Assembly (NCBI GenBank): GCA_964016885.1
Contig: OZ024745.1
Location: 63,426,001-63,490,000 of the forward strand
Direction of reading: 5' to 3'
Origin: Eledone cirrhosa
Taxonomy: Eukaryota
Length of the DNA stretch: 64,000 bases
Part shown: in pieces, positions 28,121 to 40,470 of the stretch
How positions within the stretch are numbered: position 1 is the first letter of the stretch
Layout of the letters: the number at the start of each line of letters is the position of its first letter
Made by a program: the position numbers and the translations under genes
Notes under the pieces: generated by a model
What the model saw: the letters and a program-made list of their open reading frames with translations, nothing else
The model's database searches: none
What the model was told of the DNA's origin: nothing

Positions 28121-28512
28121 AAACTGGTGTGTACATGGGGTGGGGTGTGAGTCGGTGTGTGCGTGTACGTATGGACAGAGAGGGGGTCAGAGGGGGTAGG
28201 GGAGAGGGGACGTGTGGAGTCCTGAGGCTGAATGTGTGTATGTGTATATACGCATGTGTGTGTGGGTTTATGTGTGGTGTAGGTGTGTGGTGCGAAAAAA
28301 AAGAAACCGGTGTGTACATGGAGTGGGGTGTGAGTCGGTGTGTGTGTGTGTGTACGTGTGGACAGAGAGGGGTCAGAGGGGGTGGGGGAGAAGGGACGTG
28401 TGGAGTCCTGAGGCTGAATGTGTGTATGTGGAGATACGCATGTGTGTGTGTGTGTGTTTATATATGTGTGGGTTTATATGTGGTGTAGGTGTGTGGTGCG
28501 AAAATATTGTAA

Positions 28513-28550
<38 letters not shown>

Positions 28551-28720
28551 GCTGGGGTGGGTGTGTGCTGCGAAAATATTGTAATTTGTGTGTGTGTGTG
28601 TGTTGCTGGGGTGGGTGTGTGGTGCGAAAATATTGTAATTTGTGTGTGTGTGTGTGTTGCTGGGGTGGGTGTGTGGTGCGAAAATATTGTAATTTGTGTG
28701 TGTGTGTGTGTGTGTTGCTG
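28121..28720. repeat. Tandem repeats: 2 x ~185 bp, then 4 x ~55-70 bp
   Basis: AAAC(T/C)GGTGTGTACATGG...GAGTCCTGAGGCTGAATG occurs twice; GTGCGAAAATATTGTAATTTG(TG)nTTGCTGGGG occurs four times. Confidence 0.9.
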
Positions 28721-29687
28721 GGGTTTTTCCGCGGATTGTGTGATCAGATGTTGGAGATTCTGGTTGTTGCAGGATGGGTAGCTGACGCGATGTGACAGTG
28801 GTGTAAAATCCTGGTGTGGTTCTAAGGAAGTGTAGGGTTGTGGGGTGCGCGCGCAACAGGAAGTGGTCAGAGGGTCAAGGCAGGGCGAAAGAGGTGGCAG
28901 GAAGGAGATGGCAGTAGGGAGATGACAGCAGCAGTAGTGTGGAGGCTGACAGGTACAGAGAGGTCTGTATGTGGTGGGGAATGTGTGTATGTGTGTGCGG
29001 TGGACAGGGGAGAGGATGGGTAGGTGTGAAAGGTGGAGGGAAAGGGTGATGGGTAGGGGGTCGATGTGTATATTAATGGAGGTGGGAGTTGATTGGGGGT
29101 GGGGGTGGAAGAGCGGGGAGAGAGAGAGAGAAGGTGTTAGGGGCGTTAGGTGGGAGTGTAGTGTACTTGTACTGGTGTGTGTGTGCGTGTTTTGATATGC
29201 GTGTGTGTGTGGTACGTGGGTGTTGGTATTGCTAGTGGTGGTGGGGTCGAATGCGGGGGTGTGAGTGGGGGTTAGTGGTGGTAGTGTGTGTGTGGAGTGG
29301 GTAGTGTATCGGTGTGTACGTGGGTGTGGGTGAATATATGTGTGATGGTGTGTGTTCGTGTGTGTGTGGTGAGGAGGAAGGGGTGTTGAGGGGTGTTAGT
29401 AACATTAGTGGTGGGGGTGGTCAAACGTGGATGTGGGAATGGGGGTTAGTGGTGGTAGTAGGGTGTGTGAATGGTGTGAGTGCATGTATGCATGTGCAGG
29501 TGGGTGTGTGCGTGTTGAGGGTGTGGGTGCGCGGGTGCTAGGGGGTCTTAGTATTATTAGTTGTGGGGTGGGCCAGGAGGTGTGGGGTCTGTAGGGTGAA
29601 GACGGTGTGTTGCATGAGCGTGAGGCGAGTGGCGGGGTTCCCACGGCATTGGATCAGGCCGTAGACTGTGAGATGGTGGGTGGAATG

Positions 29688-29725
<38 letters not shown>

Positions 29726-29730
<5 letters not shown>

Positions 29731-29848
29731 AACGAGTAGGACCTCGACGGCTGAGCTCATGCCGTTTCGACGGCTAATTCTGGACTGAGTCCAGAATTAG
29801 CCGTCGAAACGGCTTGAACTCAGCCGTCGGGGTCCTACTCGTTCCTAT
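29726..29848. repeat. Palindrome, 61-bp arms, 1-nt loop, at the 5' end of a pLTR-like copy
   Basis: ATAGGAACGAGTAGGACC...TTCTGGACT-G-AGTCCAGAA...GGTCCTACTCGTTCCTAT, with a few mismatches. Confidence 0.95.
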
Positions 29849-29924
29849 TACCCACTGTACTACCCTAAGTATTGAGTACTTTGGTGCGTTATGGTCCACC
29901 TGGTTCCTTACCACATTTCCTTCG

Positions 29925-30011
<87 letters not shown>

Positions 30012-30481
30012 TCTGTGTGCCTGTGTGTGTGTGTGTGTGTGTGTCTCTGTGTGCCTGCGTGTGCGCCTGTGTATGCGTGCGTGTGCGCGCCCATTTATGT
30101 ATATGTATAGGCGTATGGTGATGTTCGATGTTCTCGTGTGTGTAGAAAACTTATCTAATGAGGATTGGAAAACAAGAAATTATCGATTTATGTTACTGTA
30201 TATGACAGTGAAATTTATAATATGGATCCAGATTGTTATTTGATCTGGAAAACCATATCCGAAATATATATGAATCAGAAAATTAGGTGGGTATATATGT
30301 ATACGTATTTGTCTCTGCGCGTAGATGTGCATTTGTGTGTGCAATATATATATTGGCGCTGCGGTCGGAATGTTACATATGTATATATTGGTTTTCTAGT
30401 TGCTCTGGTCCTTGCGGCTGTTTCACCGGTCGCATTCTTCAATTTGTCAAGGTGTCTAAACGCAATGTTATTACTCTAAGG

Positions 30482-30664
30482 CGGTGGGTTGGCACTATCG
30501 GTAGAGGGTCAGACGACATGCTTTGACGCATAGAGTTACGGCCCTTGCCATTCTGAGTTCAAATCCCGCCGAGGTTAACTTTGCCTTTCATCCTTACGTG
30601 GTCGATAAAATAAAGTACCAGTAATGCACTGGTAAATTGTGGCCATGTGCCAAAAGTAGAAACA
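30482..30664 (+). mobile_element. SINE family 1, full length
   Basis: 15-bp TSD GTTATTACTCTAAGG at 30467-30481 and 30665-30679. Confidence 0.95.
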
Positions 30665-30899
30665 GTTATTACTCTAAGGTAAAACTACCTTTTTGAGTGC
30701 TTAGCTGTACATTCCGGTTTGCATTCGTTAGCATGCCAGAGGGTCAAGTCTACTGAACTTCCATTTGTATATATATATACTTTTTATTGTTGCTAGGTGC
30801 TGAATCTTGTTAATCTGAATTTTCACTTATGGAGACGTTATGCGTTTTGTCTGATGATCCTCTGCGAGGCCAGGTGAAACTTCAGGTTAACAATAAAGT

Positions 30900-32025
30900 A
30901 TACGTAGGTCTTTTTTTGTTAATGAATACACAGCCTCAAGAGTGCCATCATTGATTCTGTATGTTTTGTTTTTGTGTAAAGCATAGGAATAGCTTGTTCG
31001 AGTCTCTTTAGACCTCACTGTATCTTGGCTGGTCTTCTTTTTATCATACCTTATGTTTCTCCAGAAAGAGTCTATAGTGTTCTGGAACGGTATCTCAGTG
31101 TCATTTATTGATTTACTTCTTATATCTCTATAGATTGATGCTTGGATTAGGTCGAATCTAGGGTGAATATATTTTCTTTCAGCCATTCTCTTTTAATATC
31201 GGTGTTTCTCGCTGTCAGCACTCCCTCTTTGTTTGAGAGTGATTGAAGAGTTCTACCTGTACTGTCTCGAAAAACCATTTCTCTTTGAGTTTTACATTTT
31301 TATTGCAGATTAGTGTAGATTGTTTTATTTTTGTCTGCATGTGATAAGCATTGTCTAATGGCCAATGCGTATTTATTGGTCAGCGAGTTTTTTCTCCGTT
31401 TTAAATATCAACGGTATTTAATGTGTTCTGTTTCTTTTTGTTTTCTGTTAATATCTGTAGTGTCACCAAGATAATGATTTGCATTCATTGCTAGGGCATA
31501 TAGACAAACGTTAATTGTCTAAAAGTATGGGCTGTAATTAGTCGTAACTATACACCTATGATATAGTCGATAGCACGCACAATTTCTGTGTATTGCTACT
31601 GTTTGTTACAGATAGTCGGACTAGTACGCGAAAACGTAGTAATGGGACAGCACGTTGTGACATGTGTTGATTGCATATCTGACCCCGAAGGCTGCCTGGT
31701 TAGTGTTGATGTTTGTAACGGTTTCCCCCTTTCACTATTGTTTTGAATAATGTTTGTTAGTTTTACGTTCGACAAACGTTGCTTATTAGCTGGGTAATAA
31801 TTTACTTCTGGGTGAAATTCGTCCTGCTGTATCTTCATTCTGTTCATATAGCCCACAGAGGGATCCTTCATTGCCATTTTATAACAATAATAAATAGATC
31901 ATTATTGAGTTCGTAGCTCCAAGACAAATGCGATTTCTAGTTTATTTAACTACAACTAAAGATGTTCTGTTTAGCGTTCTCGTTGTTGTTTTCCCTTCGA
32001 TTCTTCAATAGTGCTGTTGATAGTG
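30900..32025 (-). mobile_element. R4/Dong-type LINE, 5' portion (second, diverged copy)
   Basis: MAMKDPSVGYMNRMKIQQDEFHPEVNYY is homologous to MAKNNPSIGYMNRMKLHWDEMHPELNYF in the upstream copy; also IDSFWRNI. Confidence 0.7.
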
Positions 32026-32040
32026 ATGTATGTGTGTATG

Positions 32041-32074
<34 letters not shown>

Positions 32075-32096
32075 TGTATGTATGTATGCATGTATG

Positions 32097-35000
32097 TTCT
32101 TCTGGTTTTATAATTTCACAAATTTTTTCCCAATAGAGAGAGGGTCGGTTTCTAACATAGACACAAGACTCTCATTGGAATGTACACAACATTAACTAGG
32201 TAGATTATGTATGCATGCATGTGTAGATATGGATATTATTGTATGTGTGGATGTGGATGTTTTGAGTTGAATGTGTGCATGTGTATATGCTTTGTATCTG
32301 TACATGTGTATATGCAGTTATTAGATGCAAAATGTTTGGAGTGTTTTACATATTTTTACTGGATTGCACTTGTAATTTCCTAACTAGTTGTGTTCTTTCT
32401 GTGCCTGTGAAGCCTAGCTTCTGAAGATTTGTATTGAGGCAGTTACTAACATGCCCCAGTGCCCCATTAATCACATGCTCCAAAAATCTGAAGGTGTAAT
32501 CAGGAGATTTCTCATCAGTTCTGCATAAATATTCTCCTTTTCACTAATCTTTGATATTATATTGGCATCTGCTGGGCAGCTAATTTCCACTACTGTGCAT
32601 GCTTTCTTCTCCCTGTCCCATATCATAATATCTGGTCTGTTATGCCTGCATTTTATTGTGGTTTTTACTGGAACATTCCACCACTACTCTTTCATATTAT
32701 GTACGTGGATGTCTTCCACGTTGCTGTATCTTTTAATGTGTTTATTATTGGGGCTATCCTTTTTACGAACTGCAGTGTACAGTGTTTTGGCCACTACATC
32801 ATGCCTCATAGGTAGATAGTAACGCGATGACATCTTTGGACAGCTGCTGATGACATGGGTGATATCCTCGATGTTAGTTCTGCACAGTCTGCACTTGTTA
32901 TCACATCTAGGTGTTTTGCCTGCATCCCTATCTCTTTTGTGAATCAGGTATTTCGTGTTAATCTTCCGTTCTTGGATTGCAAAAGCGTATCCTTCAAAGT
33001 GGGAGCCAATATAGCGGTTGTTGGTCCAAGATAGTCTACTTTCCTTATCTATATTGCTCTCACTCTGGAGCTTCCTGGCAACATATCCATGCATGATTTT
33101 TTGCTGATAAGCATGCAGTTTTTCATCCATGGATTCACTGCTATACTGCTGAGCGACTTCCCTGGGTGTGAGTTTTTGATTATCACACAGGGAATATCTC
33201 TCGAGGAGTTCTTTTCCAACTCTCATGATCTTATCTGTTTCATGCAGATAGACTTGCTCGAGAGTTGGGCTCCTACGCTTCGAGGTTCGTAGATGTTGTC
33301 GGAGGGATATGATGCGACATTCAAATGCTCTCTGGACTGATGTTAGGCCTCTGCCTCCCTGCTTACGTTTCAAGTAAAGGCGGTCTATGTCACTGTTGAT
33401 GTGGAAGTTTCCGTTGTTGTTTAGTATTTTTCGAGTTCCAACATCAACTGCTCGGATTTCGTCTATCGTCCAATTGAGTATTCTAAACGTTGGTGTTAGG
33501 CACAGCAAACACATTGTGAGCCACTGTTTTGTTTTGCGCAGAGAGTTCCGATTTATTTAGTATGTTTTTGTTGTAGTGTAGGAGCAATAGCTCTTTCAGA
33601 TTTCTCTTAGCCACACTGCATCTTGGTTGAAAATCTTCTTTTCACCCCATATTTTGCTCCAAAAGAATCTATGTCTTTCTGGGATGGGGCCTCAGTGACA
33701 CTTATTATTTTGTTCTTCATATCTCTATAGACTGATGTTTGGTTTCGTCTGAATCTTTTATTAAGCACTTTTCTCTCATCTACCTTCTTCGGGTATCAGC
33801 GTTTTTCGCTAACATCTCTCAATTCTTGTTTGAGAGTGATCAGCTTATATTGAAGAGTTCTGGTTCTACTGTTACCAAACATCGTCTGTATTTTATTTTT
33901 GACTCTTTGTTGGTGAGGAGTGCGGTCTTTTTTGTGTTTTTTGCATGTAAGGTGCATTGTCACATATCCTATGGTTTTTCGTAGGTCAGCAATCATTTTT
34001 TCTATTTTAGTTATATATGATGGTATTTTTGGTGGTGTTCAGTTCTTGTTAATATCTCTCCTATCACCAAGGTAATGCTTCACTGTCGTTGCTAAGGCAT
34101 ATAAACAGGCGTTGATTTACCAAAATGTTGGGGTTTTCATCCGTCGTAAATATTCATCCCCTATTTCGTCAATAACACGTAATATTTCATTATTTGGTTT
34201 TTTATTAAACATTGTCGTTTTAATACGTTCAGCAAGAGAGATATTTATACATGAATTAATTTCTCGATGGACGATTTCGTTGAGAGAAATTTTCAATTGT
34301 TTATACTTTTGATTATTATCATTATCGATAGTATTTTCCACAACAGTCGAGGTAGACTCGGATGGTACACGTGGTGTCAAATTTCTTCGATTATTATTAT
34401 TATTATTTCTTCGATTATTATTATTATCGATAGTGTTTACCCAGCATTCGAGGTAGACTTAGATGGTACAGGTGGTGTCAAGTTTCTTACAGACATAGTT
34501 GTTTCAAGGCGCTGTTCGACCTGGCTGCTAGGAAGTCTAGTAGTATGGCGACCTGTAGCACGTATTGTTGATCCCGTGTTTGTTGTGGGGGACTTACAAT
34601 TAATAGTATTTATCTTATTTTTACTTTCAACAACCGTCGCTTGTTGGCGTAATTGTTTTGCTGTGAAATAATTTAGCTCTGGGTGCATTTCGTCCCAGTG
34701 TAGCTTCATTCTGTTCATATAGCCAATGGAGGGATTGTTTTTTGCCATTTTATAACAATTAAATAAATAATTATTAAGTTCGCAACTCCAAGAGAAATGC
34801 GGTTTATAATTTCGGTTTCTTCTGTAGCTACAACTGAATAAAGTTTGTTTACCTTTCTTGTTGTTTGTCTTCGATACTTCATTAATTTTGTTGTTGATGT
34901 TGTGTTCAGCCATGCTGTTTGTAGCAAATCCTTGTAAAATGAATTATGTATTTAGTCGGATATATCTACGAATTCGAATAAAAGGTGTCTTCAGAAGATA

Positions 35001-35128
35001 TAGTTAGAAGAATAACCAGTTATTCAACATGACTGTAGTTGTGGCATTACTGTCGGAGATAGTTTCATCTTAAATTTAATAAATAGTCTCTCACGCCAAA
35101 ATATGCGACTGATCGCGTTGACTGTATA
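32097..35128 (-). mobile_element. R4/Dong-clade (RLE) LINE with the RT core deleted
   Basis: ORF 32684-33514 has SDIDRLYLKRKQGGRGL, the CCHC finger CRLC..EDITHVISSC and RHDVVA; continues WWNVPV...HNRPDIMIWD...VEISCP (PD-(D/E)xK nuclease). N-terminal fragments at 33.7-34.9 kb. Confidence 0.88.
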
Positions 35129-35359
35129 ATGTATGTATGTTTGCATGTATGTATGTATGCATGTATGTATGTATGCATGTATGTATTCCAACACCTGTGG
35201 AGAATAGGATGATGTGAATACAGTATATAATTTATAATACAAAAATGAAATATAAAATTAATGATCCGATAAAGCCATAATACTGGTGACGTCTCCTCCT
35301 TTATCTTTATTCTCTTTCTCATTAACGTGTACTTTCTATTACTCGTGTGTCTCATTCAT

Positions 35360-35395
<36 letters not shown>

Positions 35396-36183
35396 TCTCC
35401 CTATCTCTCTTTCTTTCTCTCTATACCTAGCTCTCTCTATCGTTATCTCTATCTTTTTATCTCTTTCACTCACACTTCTTCTCACATATACATATTCTCT
35501 TTCACACATACACATTCTCTCTCTCTCTCTCTCTCTCGCTCTCAATTTCATATCACAAACAGACGCGACGCTCTTTCTTTCTTGCACAAATACCTTTTTA
35601 TTTTCTCTTCTCTCTCATATACAAACAGTTGTTTTCTCATTTTCACTACCAATCACTTATATGCAATATGTGTCTCTTTATGCATCACTCTATCTACCAA
35701 CATATCTATTGTACAAATAACTGAAGTTTTGTATTGAGAGTACAACAACATTATCATAGGATAGTTGTCACCTACAAACACGAATAGGATTTCTATTTCT
35801 TATGTGACACTACAAAATATTAATTACTCTGCAATGTAAAATATTCCTCGGGCTAAAAATTCACAATTGTAATTCTAAGTAATTATAAACAAAGATGTAT
35901 TATGTTAATATATCAGTGCATAAATCTCACGTAGGAAAAACACCTAATGGCAACTTTTCCTGTGGTTTACGACCTGAGTTCAAATCCCATCAAAGTATAT
36001 TTCGGTTTTCATTATTTCAGGTTCCAATAAAAATTACCTGTCCAGATTACCGAGAGTCCTAGAGTTTGGAGATACCTTGTGGTGTTTTTTTAGGTTTCTG
36101 AGTTTTCAATTCAAATTTCAATGTGGTCTAGTGCAATAGCGAACCTAATCTGTCGTCCGGTTTTACAATACTACTCTGATTAT

Positions 36184-38009
36184 CACCGTGTAACAAAAAC
36201 ATTTTTTTTCTCTGTTCCTGGTTTGTAATCACTTTTTTTGGTGTTGCTTAGATCCTAAATAAATAAAAAAAAAGTGCTATTTAACAGTTAAAAGTTTGGG
36301 TTTGTAAAAATTCTAAGCTATTCACTAGAATTATTTGTATGCTGGATTTTACGTTGTAAGTATGTTTAATTTGCTTATGTTAAAAGATTTTTTTGTATAT
36401 GTTTCAGGTTAAATTAAAATGATAAAATAAAGAGTAATACCTAAAGAAAATTATAAAAATGCAATAAAGTATAAAATTGTTAAAAATTGGATTAAAGAGA
36501 TTTATTGATACTGGATTTTCGCACCCTGAATAAAGGGTAAGTTGTGTTTTAAGCATTCGTCTCCAGGATGAAGCAGTGGAAATTGGTCAAGGAGGAAGTG
36601 CAGGTGGCAAGTCAGAGAAGTCGACACGAACCTTTCTCAGGCTTTTACAGTCTTTGGGATGGTCTCTGCTTCAGCCATGACGTGCCTGGACTGTTTGACG
36701 TTATTGTGGCGGCTATTTATAGACAGCTCCACCACAAGTTTGAAGGCTGTCTTCCTCCACAATGGAAACAAGTTCCCGACACTGCTCCTAGCTCATTCAG
36801 TCTACCTGAAGGAAGATTACTACAGTGTGAAAGTCCTCTTGGAAGCTCTGCAATACAACCAGTACAATTGGGAAATCATTGGAGACTTCAGATGGTGGCT
36901 TTCCTGCTTGGACTCCAAGGAGGCTTTATCAAATTCCAATGCTTCCTCTGCCTTTGGGACAGCAGAGCCACCTCTGACCACTACAAAAGAAAGAACATCG
37001 TGAAAAGGATCATGATATTGCCCTTTCCAGCCTGACTAAACAACAAAAGCATCATAGCCATCATTGTTATGATGTATATGATGTATATGATGTATATGTT
37101 TTTGTAACAGCGAACAGAATTTGTAGTTGCGACCCGGAACGTCATGTGGGAGCCACTGGTTGATCCCAGGATTGTGCTCATGCCGCCACTGCACATTAAG
37201 TTGGGGTTGATGAAGCAGTTTGTGAAGACTCTCAACCAAGAATCAGCCGCTTTTAAGTACCTTCTTGAGTTCTTCCCCAAGTTATTTGAGGCCAAAATCA
37301 AAGGTAGAATTTTTGTTGGACCTCAGATAAAGAAGGTGTTTGAGTCTACCGAATTCTCCATTAAGCTCAATAGGATTGAGAGAACACCATTGAACTGTTT
37401 CAAAGCAGTTATTAAGGGCTTCCTGGGCAACTACAGAGCTGAAAACTACCAGCAACTGGTGCAGGATCTGATAAAGGCTTTTGGCGCCATGGGATGCAGG
37501 ATGTCGCTTAAACTCCATATGCTGGACGCTCACCTGGAAAAATTCAATGACAATATGGGCGCCTACTCAGAAGAACAAGGCAAACTATTCCACCAAGATG
37601 TGAAAGACATAGAGCGGAGGTACCTGGGTCACTACAATGAAATAATGATGGGGGACTATATCTGCAGGCTAGTGCGGGAATGCGACCTGGACTACAACCG
37701 CAAATCCAGGAAATCCAGTCATTTCTGACGTGTATAAGTTGCTTTATAAGTGTTATTTGTTTTTACTTGTTTGCTTTAGATAAGCTTGTGTAATAAAATA
37801 AAAATATACTCTGTTGATTTAATTATATGAACTGATAAATTTTTTTTTAATGTGTTTTTTCTTGAAAAATATGAAAATTTCGAGATATCAAACTCCTGAC
37901 CACAAACCCAAACTTCTGATTAAATAATAGTGTTTTTTTATAATAATGGGATATAACAAACCATGAAATGACACTTAGAACCGGAGAACAAAAGTTATTT
38001 TACACGGTG
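36184..38009 (+). mobile_element. Chapaev-type (CMC superfamily, Chapaev3-like) DNA transposon with disrupted transposase
   Basis: TIR CACCGTGTAA (36184)/TTACACGGTG (38009); flanked both sides by TTAT; transposase motifs WRLFIDSS..SLKAVFLHNGN, CFLCLWDSRA, PPLHIKLGLMKQFVK, SEEQGKLFHQD. Confidence 0.88.
36560..37728 (+). pseudogene. Transposase pseudogene (frameshifts, insertion, N-terminal deletion)
   Basis: Split across ORFs 36568-37035, 36659-37003 and 37144-37728; insertion at 36997-37107. Confidence 0.88.
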
Positions 38010-40305
38010 TTATGGGTGCATTTAAGAGCGTTCACACAACTGCAAGCATTAAGAAACCTCACTAGCTTGACGACAACTCGTTCCATCTCTTCGATAAGTC
38101 GCGAATATCGTGAAAAGGATCATGATATTGCCCTTTCCAGCCTGACTAGACAACAAAAGCATCATAGCCATCATTGTTATGATGTATATGTTTTTGTAAC
38201 TTAAATACAGAAACCAATACATTTTGAAGATATACATTTCTATTTAATCATAAGTTTAGCTCTATGCTGATAGGTAATTATCCTAATACATGCAAACACC
38301 CTAAGGCTAATATAATTGTAGGAGTGTATTTTCTACTAATTGCATGGATAAGCCCTGTTAAAAGAAGATTTTCAGAGGCATATTACATATGTGTTAACTA
38401 CTGTATGCCTATTTTACATGTAGCATACTCTGCATAGATATGTTTTCTCAATCGTATTGTTGATATCCTTAACCAGCACCATTCATTATGCATATATGCA
38501 TGCATACAAAGATAGATACATGCATATGTACATAGGTACGTAGTTTTACATCTTGTCAGGTAAGTATAATTTACTTTGATAGGGTGTCTAATAATCCAGA
38601 AATTATATGTGTTACTTTTAGCATTGGATTATATAGAAAAGTTACACACCCATTTGCATCATATTTAGTTTTCCAAATATTTCGTTATCTTATTTATTAG
38701 AGTTACTCCCTTGTTTGATTTGAAGTATCAAGTGAGAATCGTGTGCATAAATCGAAGTTTTTCAATTTACTATATTACATATGGGAGAGCCTACTGTGGT
38801 GTGAATGGTGATTGTAATGTTCAGAAACTATGTAGTTCATTATTTAGGAAAAGCTTAGGCAAGTAGGAAATCGAGCTAAAAAATATTTCTCATGCGTAAC
38901 AATCGATTAGCTTGTCTCTGTCTGACACGAGACACGTGCGATGAACGATCCAGGAGAGATAGGTGAGTTTGGGGGTTTGTTTAGAGGATAAATATGTATT
39001 ATGCTTGTTAAATATAGTACGACAAAAATATAGCATGAAGAAAGTGTGCATCTCTTAGTCAATGTGTTTACTGTGGCATTGTGTAGGCTATCGAAAATGG
39101 AAATTTTTTCAAAATGGATTAGGATATGGAAATATAGGGATTTAATATATTCTCTCAACTGAAATTACCATGTTTATTGAAAACAAGCGTTGATTTGTGA
39201 AGCTAATATTTGCGGATGAATATATTTTAAAATACCGACATATGTTGACAATTATTTATGCTACTCAATTTAGTTATGATTATAATTACTCATATGCTAT
39301 ATATTTGTTCTCTATTTACAAGGAAATATATGTCTGCATTTAGATGAGAAAATAGATTATGAATGTTTTCTTCGTCGTATATGTAGATGTTATCATAAGA
39401 ATTTGTAAACAAACTCTGCATTATATAATTGTGTTTTATGTTCGTAGAGATCAATAGAGAAATGAAAAGAAAACATTTTCCTCTGATTTTAACAAATTAA
39501 TAGGTACAACCTCACAAAATAATTTCACTTCACATATGCCATTAATGCTTTTGTGAAAAGCATCTCATATCACACATTCAATTTTTTTTTTCACGTCAAA
39601 TGAGAATAACTACAATAAATCCTCATCCAAATCTAATATATTAATTTCTTCCCAAAATCAACAATGTTATTATTTGTAGGAAACTGCATTGAGTATCTCT
39701 CCGAAGCTAATCTATTTATCTTATTGATATCGAAGTAAAAGTGACACTTGATGTATTTAAACTGAAATCTAGAGAATATTGCTGCATAAATAAAGCATTT
39801 TAGTTTTCCTCATAATAATGCGACGTGCAGAATCTCGTTCTCTGCCTCCCAGCTTGTCGCTTCGGCCACAATCCGGGCTCCGCTGCCCACGACGCGGAGG
39901 AGAGGAAGATGTATCCCTGGGCCCTGCACTGTTGATATCCTCGGAAAGACGGTGATCCGCTTGAGGAGGGAACCCTGTGAGGTGGCTACTGCAGCAGCTG
40001 TTTCTGGCTATTCACCACAATAACGATTTTGCAGTTTTGTCCACAGGTCGCAGCTGAGGTGCCGTTCAGAGGGCTGTAGTGACTGTCTCCTCATCTCTCT
40101 TTCTTTCGACACATGAGCCTTCTTTAAATATCCTTTTCATTTTCGTTTCTCTTCTTCCTTTTCTGTTCCCTTTAGTAGTGTCTTTTTTATTAGATATTGT
40201 TCAACTATTTTTATATAATGTCAATGGCCAGACATGACATTGTCAGATTTTGAAAATTGAATTTCATCGACTGTATATGTAGTAAAACAAGGCGTATACT
40301 ACAAA

Positions 40306-40470
40306 TAACTGTTTCTACTTTTGGCACAATGACATCAATTATCCCAGTGCATTGCTGGTGCTTTATTGTATCGATCCCGTAAGAATGAAAGGCAAAGTTA
40401 ATCTCGGCGATATTTGAACTCAGACCGTAAAGGGCCATAATTCTATGTTGCAAAGTATGGCGCCTGACCA
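40306..40470 (-). mobile_element. SINE family 1, older diverged copy
   Basis: Colinear with 6052-6210, with many substitutions. Confidence 0.85.

Larger units (their letters stand above)
27455..29690 (-). mobile_element. Rearranged PLE 3' region (decayed GIY-YIG pieces, CA/C-rich 3' UTR, pLTR)
   Basis: Carries the minimal HHR; strong strand asymmetry; weak PLE-like pieces at 28720-28950 and 29560-29690. Boundaries are approximate. Confidence 0.45.

Noticed and set aside
28490-28720. Regularly spaced repeats resembling a CRISPR array
   Set aside because: The spacers are (TG)n and near-identical, there are no cas genes, and the context is eukaryotic.
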